Source: Haliotis cracherodii (Eukaryota). Taken from it: a stretch of 64,000 bases of DNA. This document shows, one piece after another, positions 54,988-64,000 of the stretch (position 1 is its first letter; every line of letters begins with the position of its first letter). The position numbers were made by a program, and so were the translations under genes. Under the pieces are notes generated by a model. The model was not told the origin of the DNA. It saw only the letters and a program-made list of their open reading frames with translations, and ran no database searches. Location: assembly GCF_022045235.1 (NCBI RefSeq), contig NW_027266264.1:25730001-25794000 (forward strand), given 5' to 3'.

Positions 54988-55454
54988 TGAAGGAGACGTA
55001 ACCACTCTTCCAAACCAATGGTATCATTTGGCCATCGTCCCTTCTTGTGCCCATGCCTGCGTCGACATCTTTGAGATGCGGGAAACAGACTCAATACATT
55101 GGCCTCGGCAGTTCGTTGGTTAGGAAACCTGCCTACGTGTACTTTATTTATTTTGTTATTACATCCATATGGCAATGTTGTACATTAAAGTCTAATCAAA
55201 TGATTTTCTAATGATAGTCTGCATGGTCAACTGCATTTAGGGCTATTAGATGTATGGTATATTTCTTCCTTTCATGTAAAGGATGGAGTGATTTTCAGAA
55301 TTAATATGATGGAAGACACAGTTGGAAACATATTTTCAGTTGATGCCCTTGCTTGCTAGAAAACTCGTGTCAATAATTTCTGTTTGATCTCTCCAACATC
55401 AATTCTATCTTAATCCACAAAGGATACACTCAATGCAATAGAATCGCACGTGTT

Positions 55455-55625
55455 TGGTGTTTTTCTTTTGACATGTAAGGTCTTCGAGCCATGCCTTCTG
55501 GGTACGACGACATGCTCTGAAAACTTAAGTTTCTGGTCACCGAGCCTGAACATCCGATCCATTAAGTCCCCTCTTACGACCAGCACAGGTAGCAGGGGAC
55601 CTCTGCCAACCCGACTCCCCGTGGG
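55455..55625 (-). mobile_element. Divergent family B variant
   Basis: Sense cccacggggagtcgggttggcagaggtcccctgc...gtcgtaagaggggacttaa. Confidence 0.7.
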
Positions 55626-55639
55626 ATCGTACTATGTAA

Positions 55640-55728
55640 ACAGTAAAGAAAGATATTTTATGGATGAAAATTTATTCTATTATGATGCAACGTTTCGGTG
55701 TACATCCTTATATCGTTGGCAAGCAAGT
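55640..55728 (-). mobile_element. Diverged single copy of the Penelope-type terminal unit
   Basis: tttatggatgaa...aacgtttcggtgta...caagcaagt aligns with the unit at 6994-7085. Confidence 0.6.
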
Positions 55729-55902
55729 TTGTTTGTTTGTTGTTTAACGCCGCACTCAGCAATGTTCCAGCTGTATGACGGCGGTCTGTAAATAATCGAG
55801 TCTCGACCATACAATCCAATGATTGACATCATGAGAATCGATCCACGCAATTGGGATACGATGACATGCATCCAGCAAGTGAACCTGACCACCCGATCCC
55901 GT
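55729..55902 (-). mobile_element. Retroposon family B copy, 5'-truncated
   Basis: Aligns to the family. Confidence 0.85.
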
Positions 55903-56764
55903 AGAGTGAAGGTCGCATGATATTGGAATAAAGAAATTGTCTTGTCTTTACTGTCACTTACCAACTTCTAAAAATGCCAATCAAACAGTTCGTACTATGT
56001 AAAGTATAGAGTAGCGACCCACTGCTGGCTTGAGATTCGCACCATTGGAATGTCTTGTCGGTAGAGGTCCCCAGTTAAGGTTGATGACAACTCTCGCCAT
56101 AATATCACGAGTTAGTCGCAGCGAGTAAATTACTACGCGAAAACACCTGGTTTCTTTTGTTCGCCACATCAATCCCTCTGAAGTCTTTGCTTCGCAATTA
56201 GAATTAGGTAGAACAGCGTGTCTTGAGTCTTTATAGCTGACAGCATCAATTAGATTTCTTTCTAGCGCCGCATCGCTATTTCTTGCATCCCTGCCATGTG
56301 TATTATAGACCAACAATCATGTCAATGATAATTGGAAATTAAAGAAAATTGTCAGTCATATAGTAAAGTATCTTATTTCCATTATTGGTCCTTCTAACGC
56401 GTGTCTAAGACACCCTTGTTAAAAGCCAACACTTGGTATATTACGTTAAAAAACATAATCATTTGATCCAAAAAATTCTGGAGTGTATCGTGTTTTCACT
56501 CACACAAGCATGTTCAACATTGGTACTTGGTTAGTGTGAAGACTATCGTGTCAGGCGGTGAAATATTTGCTGAATGTCATTTCCGATGTCACAGAATATA
56601 TAACGGTTCTTAATTTTCGTAGCAACAAGCTGAGGGACGGGCCCCGTGCTTTCGGATTTCTATACGTATGACGATTTTGTACTCATTGATAAGTTATAGG
56701 TCACATTTCGTTAAAATGTGAAACGTCAACGCCAAGGAATAACCAGTCTGTATTATCTGCCGAA

Positions 56765-57085
56765 AACAAGCATGGATACTCATATCCCCCGCCAATATGA
56801 CATGTCCGGTTTTGTGCAAGGCAAGAAATAGTGTACGGTTTTCAAGGTCTGCTCCGGAAACGTGCACTACCGCCATTTGCAGTCTAGGTCAAAGTCGTTG
56901 CCGTTGAAACTCGCAAATTTGTTAAACTATCATGGGGCACCAGTTCACCACTAGACCTATCTATGGGCCAAGTGTGGTCAAGATATCTCCCATGGTTTGA
57001 TGAGTTGTGCCCCGGAACGAAACGTGACGGAAGGACGGACAGCCAGCACCCATTCCTATATCCCTCTGCCACTTCGACGTCGTCC
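56765..57085 (+). mobile_element. Second HINE-like element, 3' end damaged
   Basis: aacaag...atatcccccgcc start and a gacggaaggacggacag tract followed by cccatt..tatatcc, as in the 57640 element. Confidence 0.55.
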
Positions 57086-57639
57086 TGTAAACAATCGAGT
57101 CTGGACCACACAGTCCGGACAGTATGGACCTCCATAGTTCTGCATGGTCACAATTGGTAATATTTCGATCACGGCCTTTGCAATATATTGGACCGAGTGT
57201 CTGACTATTTACTTGAAAGTTCATCAATATTTGTGATAATTATGTTTATGATCTACCATCAATAATTATTGATAGTCTTCACTTTTGTTAATGCCACATC
57301 TGTTGCTTTCGAAAATGTTTCCATGTTGGAGTAATCGATTCACCTTTTGTTACTTTGTCGTGCATTGTTCAAACTACTTCAAATAAAGGCAAGCGGCTAT
57401 AATACTACTTGCTCATCACTAGAGTATTGTGAACAGAGCGATCTTTCAGGGGCGAGGTACCTTTGAGAGTTCCAGGAAGTGGTGTCTGTTTCTCTGAAAC
57501 GAAGGTTCCATGAATATCATGATCGTCTACCCTACCTTACACCTTCATATATATCAAGCTGTGTGTCATTGTTTAACACTGTTATTGTTTATGTTGTCGA
57601 ACAAGGTGACTAGAATTCTAAAGTAGGAGACGATAATAC

Positions 57640-58168
57640 AACAAGCGTATAGTCGACGAAGTCATCTATATCCCCCGCCCGTTTTAACACCTTATGGTCC
57701 CAAACCAGGTAACTGACCCAACATTTCTCTTTGCCCATGTCAAAATAGCTGCAATGGAAATTCTAAAATAAACATGTCTAAAAACTACTTAATATCAAAT
57801 GGCAGTATGCGCTTTATATAAAGATATACAATGGTTGGCAAGGAAATATTTGTTATACTCCATAAGTGAACCCACCCTGCATTAAAAAATATATCCAACT
57901 TGTTGTCATGGAAACATAAACAATAAGAAATTCTAGAAGTGCTAAATATCAAAAGGTTGGCTGGTTGGTTTGTTGTTTAACGCCGCACACAGTAATATTC
58001 CAAAGCATTAGTGCAGTATGTGTCTGGTAAACATGCAAAGTTTTGTTAGAAAGTATTGAATGGGTTTTGAGTTATGCTCCGGAAACGATTTCGGGACGCA
58101 CGGGCGGACGGACGGATGGAACCCATTTCAATATCACCTGCCAACTTGGTTGAGGCGGGGGGAAAAAA
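57640..58168 (+). mobile_element. Helentron-associated non-autonomous element (HINE/DINE-1-like)
   Basis: AACAAG start, subterminal atcccccgcc, (GGAC)n tract, terminal hairpin ending ggcgggggg followed by an A-run. Confidence 0.65.
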
Positions 58169-58223
58169 CAATCTGTTCATTTTATACTGTAACGTTAACT
58201 ATCATTTATATTCATTGTATTCA

Positions 58224-58369
58224 TCGGGTCGTCAGGCTCGCTTACTTGATGCATGTGATGGTGTCCAGATTGCGCAGATGGATGTTCATTATATTAATCA
58301 TTGTATTGTCTGGTCCAGAACCGATTATTTACAGACAGCGGTCATGTCGCTGGAACATAGCTGAGTGCA
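58224..58369 (+). mobile_element. Retroposon family B fragment
   Basis: Aligns to the central and 3' part of the family. Confidence 0.75.
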
Positions 58370-60427
58370 TCAATGGAAGGGTTTTGGACATATTTGTTAT
58401 TGCGGCCGAGTGAAAATAATCCATTCAAGAATCCATAAATCCATCAACGAGGCCGCCCTTCCACCCATCCATTTATTAATGAGTTATCCATTCATCCACC
58501 CTCACAAGAACACATTGTATTCAACCAGTCTCTATCTATGAATTCATGACACTATAGTTATGGATTTCTTTTTATTCTTTGTAGTTCTTGCTCCTTCATC
58601 AATGAAGTTTCAATCGATCAAAAAGTGTCCTTTATGCATGTTTTTACAAAAGCCCTTCAAAGACTTAAGTATATATCTACTTACAAAGTAGACATAATGT
58701 ATGAACAAAAACTTCTTTAATTACTGTATGGTTTGGTTTAGATTATTTTTCCGTTGTCATGCAAGGCTATATCTACTTAGCTTGTGAATTTCTTTTGCAC
58801 AGCACATGTAATAATAGAATACCATGCGCATAAAGCAGTTTTCGTTATTTCATTTGTTCCTTCCTCTGGTAAGATGAAGTACAGGACGAATTACACATGT
58901 ATCACTGTCTTTATCTGCAAGCAAGGACCTTCTTGCGTTACGTTTACATCGTCCTTCGTTACACGTGGCTAGTTAAACCCACATCCATCGACACCTGCAT
59001 TTATTTTAGTTTCACACATCACAACTCTTGTCTCGAGGGGCGTGCTACATAGAGTCGATGTCAAGGCATTTCCTGTTCCTTTGATAGCTTACATTAACAA
59101 ATTACATGTATCCCTATCTTAACATGCACCGTCAACACTCATGCAGGCCATTTGGTTCAAGGAATGCTTTGGCGTTACTATGTGAGAGCGGACATGTCGC
59201 GACATGGATCAAACACAACAAGCATTCGGTTGAGAATTTCATAGGATCCATGAACCTAAGGATTAGGTATACGCTACATCTTCATTGAGATAATGAGCAA
59301 AGCCTTTTTTGGAATTACTAACATACATGTTTTGACTCGACATATAACAGTTACATGTACATGGTGTCAATCTGTTAACCGTAATCAGCTTGATGGATCG
59401 GAAGGCACGTAGATTGGTAACGAACCTCCCACCTGGTTACCGACAGATTAGGCAGAAGATGCTTTACCGCGGTTTTACCGTCAAATAGCAACATGTATCT
59501 GGAGTCTGGGGACCCAATAAAGTCAGTCTTTGTCTACTCGTGCATCTGTGGATAGGGATGTCGATCAATAATGTTAGTAGTTATTAACCAGTAACATTAC
59601 GGATGATGATGCTATCGTACTACGCAGTAGGTGTAAAATAATTACATGTCCCCTACTCAAGAATGGCTGTGGGACGTATTTCTGGGGCTAAGCTGTTCAC
59701 TGCAAATGCATTTGATGGAGCATTGGATAATGCTTAGAGAAAGTTTGTCAAGGCCGCAGACAAACTGGCCAGGTTCGATATGGTAACATGAGATATAATT
59801 GTTATGATATGTATTTTCAAGCTGAATAAAACATAAGCGCCTTCTAGCACAGAATGCTTAAATGCGTGTAATTTGGTTAAAATTGTCATTGCATAACAAA
59901 AACAGCACCAGCACAGTCCGAACGAGACCCGGGTTCATAGAGACAGCAATCTGTATGGCACATTGACGACTTAGTGACGTACGTGGACACCAACAGGATA
60001 AGGGGGTTTACGAAACAGTCACACGTTTCATCCTCCCTCATGAAGGTACTTAGTATCCAGGCACTTGCTGCGCCTTCGTTTATAAAACAGTGCCGTGCGT
60101 GTAAACGAGCCACTTGACAGTATTCAGTGTAGTCACAAGCTACGATATCTTTTAGGAAAGGTTGTCAACTTTCCCATTGGTGGTGTTCTTTGTCAAGTCA
60201 CATGCTGCGTTATCGTTAATGAATCAGTTAAATGTACACTGTCAACTGATCCATAATTATATTCAGTTTGTCAAATGATGATTTTCCGTTTTTGAAATAG
60301 TTTCACGCGTCAGTAGCTCATTAGGATGGTTCGGAGTAGCATAAGTCTGCGTTATTATTTGTGGAAACTAATGATATTATTTGGTATATTTCCACATGTC
60401 CATGCTGCGTTATCGTTTACGAAATGA

Positions 60428-60687
60428 CCCGTTAAGATCCGGGGTAGAATAGGTCTTCAGCAACCCATGCTTGCCGTAAAAGGCGACTTTGCTCCTCGTA
60501 AGAGGCGACTAACGGGATCGGGTGGTCAGGCTCGCTGACTTGCTAGAAGCATGTCATCGGTCCCATTTGCTTGGATCGATGTTCATGATATAAATCACTG
60601 GATTGTTTGGCCCAGACTCGATTATTTTCAGATCGCCGTCATACAGCTGGAATATTGCTGAGACCGGCGTAAAACAACCAACCAACC
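60428..60687 (+). mobile_element. Retroposon family B, near-consensus full-length copy (~260 bp, (CAAA/CAAC)n tail)
   Basis: cccgttaagatccggggtagaataggtcttcagcaacccatgc...gctggaatattgctgag...aaacaaccaacc. Confidence 0.9.
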
Positions 60688-63248
60688 TTTGCGAATTAGT
60701 TTCGCGTGTAAACGGCTTCGTGGCGTATTAAGTATAGCATCAAACTGGGTTTAAGAAATTGTTACACGTGCTATGGGTCTGATGACATTATTCAGTTAAC
60801 TCACACGCCACGTTATCATGGAATAGTCACGTGTGCCTACGATATCAGTCAGTACAGCCACACCCTGTGTTAAACATGGTGCTTTCTAAAGACCTCTACC
60901 TAAGTAATGGTAATACCATTATGGAGATGGATCATGCACCTAGACCGTATGGTAAATAACCTATGCGTACCGGGCACTATCTCTTCCAATGCAATGCTGC
61001 TTATCTTTAAAAAGATGCGCTTAACGATCACACTCTTAAATACAAGAGTGTTTTGAGTCACTGTAAGGAGCACCTACCTTTCAAACACCAAATATTTTCG
61101 CATTTCTCGATTATCAGTCTTACAATAACCACGCCTTTTTGTTGACCAAGAATTGTTATTCAAAAATAATCTCATGAGTTAATATTTTTTCTTCGTTGGG
61201 TGCACGGAGACCCACTTTAGAATACGTATTAATAGACTAACACATAGTCCCTGAAATAAAGTATCAGGTTGAAAATAGCTTTCCACAAGGAAACCTACGA
61301 GTAATGAAGCAAACCTCTTAATTTCCTGGTTTCGTGATGGAAAAGGAATGAGTATAAGCTGCTAGGGCTGAGAATAGTATGAGAGTGGAATGTGAGAGAA
61401 TGTTATATTTAATTTATGCTATGGGGTATGTAAGAGAGACTTAATGTATAAAGTAAAACCTCAACAATTACTTTTCACATATGCAAACCCATCGGTACCT
61501 ATCGTCAAAACATATCATACGTAACAAACTCCTTGTCCTATGATTTCCTTATCAATTCATGCTGGACAACAATCTTAAATAGTTGATATTAAGCCACATA
61601 AGCAGCAACAAGTACATCACACGTCACATACAGTGATTAGGTGTTAATATTGGCATAATTACACATCGGTTTTATGGACTGAGTTTGTTTGGATACTGCT
61701 TGGGCTCTCTAAAACGAATTATGAAAGCCGTCAGATAAACAGCAATTACAGACACAAGGTCATGTAGCCCTGGGTTGGCCGTGCGAGGCTGTTCAGTACC
61801 TGCTATGAGAGCAAATACTCGTATATGTATTGAGTTATAGGGAGGACTATAATGATATCAAAAACCATTGTTTTCGGCCACTAGGACATAATCTGATAAG
61901 GACTCTCAGGAGCGTCACCGAGTCAGTTTACTTACGCTCGCCCAGATGGGCTTACAATGTAAGGGATTGTCAATAATATAGCCTGTTGTGGAGAATTTCT
62001 AAGCGCTGAAATCCCGTAACATTATTCAGTTCGAAATACTTTCAAATATCAGATCTGTGTAAGGGATTACAGATCCGTGTAAATTGTTTGTTATTCTCAA
62101 CAGAAAAGGATGGTAAAGTGTTTTTGTATTCATGATAAATTGGTTATTGATTCCGCATTAATAACAGTTTTCATGTTCTGGTGAAGCTGCGGCAGAACCG
62201 TATGTTCCATGTCAAATTCTATCGGGATATTCCCGCGTTATGAATACGGTGTTTACAGAATACAACTACGGCGTCTCGCTGTTTGAGAATAATAGTCAAT
62301 CTTGTCGACAGTGAAACTGTTGTATAACCCTAGCTTAAATTGTTTTCATATTTTTCAGTTCACGCAGAATTTTGATTTTGATAACAGCGAACTCGACAAA
62401 CTCGGGGGATTAATATCAATGAATGGCTCTGCACCTGCACAAAGCTCATAGCAAAATAAACGACTGTTTGTCAGACCAATAGTCGTTAGTACACAGAGAA
62501 ACATTATCGATAATTAATGGTTTCTTGGAAATTGTCCTTTAACAAATAAAGATAACTATTTGTGAGATATTGTATGAGATTGTTCCAATTCCACGAAGAA
62601 CCTATGTATGTATAGTATGACATTTTCAAGACAAGAACTGGAATTGTCCAGCTCCATACGACCACCAGACACGGATAATGATCATTAAGAACTGAGATCG
62701 TTTGAAATGCGCACCAAGTGCATCAATTCGATGGGGAAATATTCAAGACTTCTGTTCTGACTTCATTTGAAAACCATGTATAGGACCCTGCTACCCTATA
62801 GAGTTCTGTTTCACTTCTGAATATTACTGTTTGCGATGCATGCTAATAGTGTTTGCCTCAACCATGTATACAATCTCCATACGATAGGTGTCGCTTAGCG
62901 CCATGTCACTTATATTATAATGGAATGTTATCTATGTTTTGGTAAATTATGTATATTTTACAGGTATACGTTCCTATGTGAATACGGCCGTAATTGAAAT
63001 ACATCAGCAACTGTTCTTGGCCATTCTTGGAGGCTCTGGCATGTCTGGTAGGCACAGTCCCACCAAAAGGCTCTCTTCACGAATACGACAATTGAGAATA
63101 GTTTATGAGGTAAATGCGTATATATGATGTGTGTTGTGTAGGTGGTGGTGTTGTATAGCGGTCACTTGGTGGGATGTGTGGGAACATTATCCTTGTGATA
63201 GATTGGCAAATTGGTGTTAAATTGAAACAACACAAAGGGTGCCTCGTA

Positions 63249-63462
63249 TGCTATGACAGCCCATTCAAAGGGATAAGAAGTACGCACATGCGTTACACCA
63301 ACATCACTCGACTGCGGCCGGGGGTGTCATTGTACCATTAGGAGGTTATTTTGACTGCTATGACAGCCCATTCAAAGGGATCAAAAGTACGCATATGCGT
63401 CACACCAACATCACTCGACTGCGGCCGGGGGTGTCACTGTACCTTTGGAAGGTTATTTTGAC
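63249..63462. repeat. ~107-bp tandem duplication
   Basis: tgctatgacagcccattcaaaggga...ggttattttgac occurs twice. Confidence 0.92.
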
Positions 63463-63561
63463 AAGTACAAAACATGATTGGCTTAATCCACAGTGACTTC
63501 AATTCCCCACTAGGTGAACAAACGCAACAAAATGGACTTACCATTCTTCCATTAAGGTACA

Positions 63562-63842
63562 GGGGTCACGGGTGGCCCAGTCGTTTAAGGTGCTACGACT
63601 CGCTGTACAGAGTTGCGTTCCTTGGGCACGCCAGAAACTTATGATTGTGGGTTCGAATCCCGGTTCGCCCCGATTATGTGTCTAGGTTTGTCAGCACCAT
63701 ACCCGTGCTTGTGGTTTTCACCGAAGGGGTAAACGTCTGAGACCTGCATCACTTCGGGCTTTCCTCCCACATTAAGCTGACACGCCCTGATCTGACTGGA
63801 ATACCGTTAAAAGCGGCGTTAAACCCAACTCACTCACTCACT
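63562..63842 (+). mobile_element. SINE family C copy
   Basis: Aligns to the 16395 copy; TSD ccatta(ag/ca)gtaca. Confidence 0.9.
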
Positions 63843-64000
63843 CCATTACAGTACATGTAAATGAATTGAAAGTAACTGTCATAAGTCTTTTATTGTTTTT
63901 GTAGCTGGAAATCATCATGTAATTTGGATTCGACTTTATACCTAACGCTGAGTGAACGCAAACCATTCACTGTATTATACTTGAAGTTACCAAAATATGG

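Overview
AT-rich, repeat-dense animal genomic DNA. The SINE, Penelope and HINE repeat content suggests a mollusc, possibly an abalone-like gastropod; this is inference, not verified. The only host coding sequence I can support is the first coding exon of a KCNQ (Kv7) potassium channel on the minus strand (52148-51739), which ends at a phase-2 GTAAGT donor in the position conserved in KCNQ genes. No exon 2 was recognised, so 1-51738 is probably all or part of a very long first intron, and 52.3-64 kb is upstream sequence. The rest is mobile-element debris: three decayed mariner (DD34D) elements, four SINE-like families, Penelope-like RT and terminal-repeat remnants, an L2/CR1 3' fragment, TA-, hAT- and long-TIR MITEs, Helentron-type (HINE) elements and several minisatellites. 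Nearly all listed ORFs are artefacts of these repeats. The most interesting observations are: (1) an abundant retroposon family with no tRNA head whose copies start at the same base, at a pseudoknot-plus-hairpin RNA fold with compensatory changes (candidate self-processing RNA); (2) an in-frame multi-ATG uORF upstream of KCNQ whose stop codon overlaps a second phase-2 GTAAGT donor; (3) tandem and inverted U3-A8 variant hammerhead-like motifs in a Penelope-type terminal repeat.
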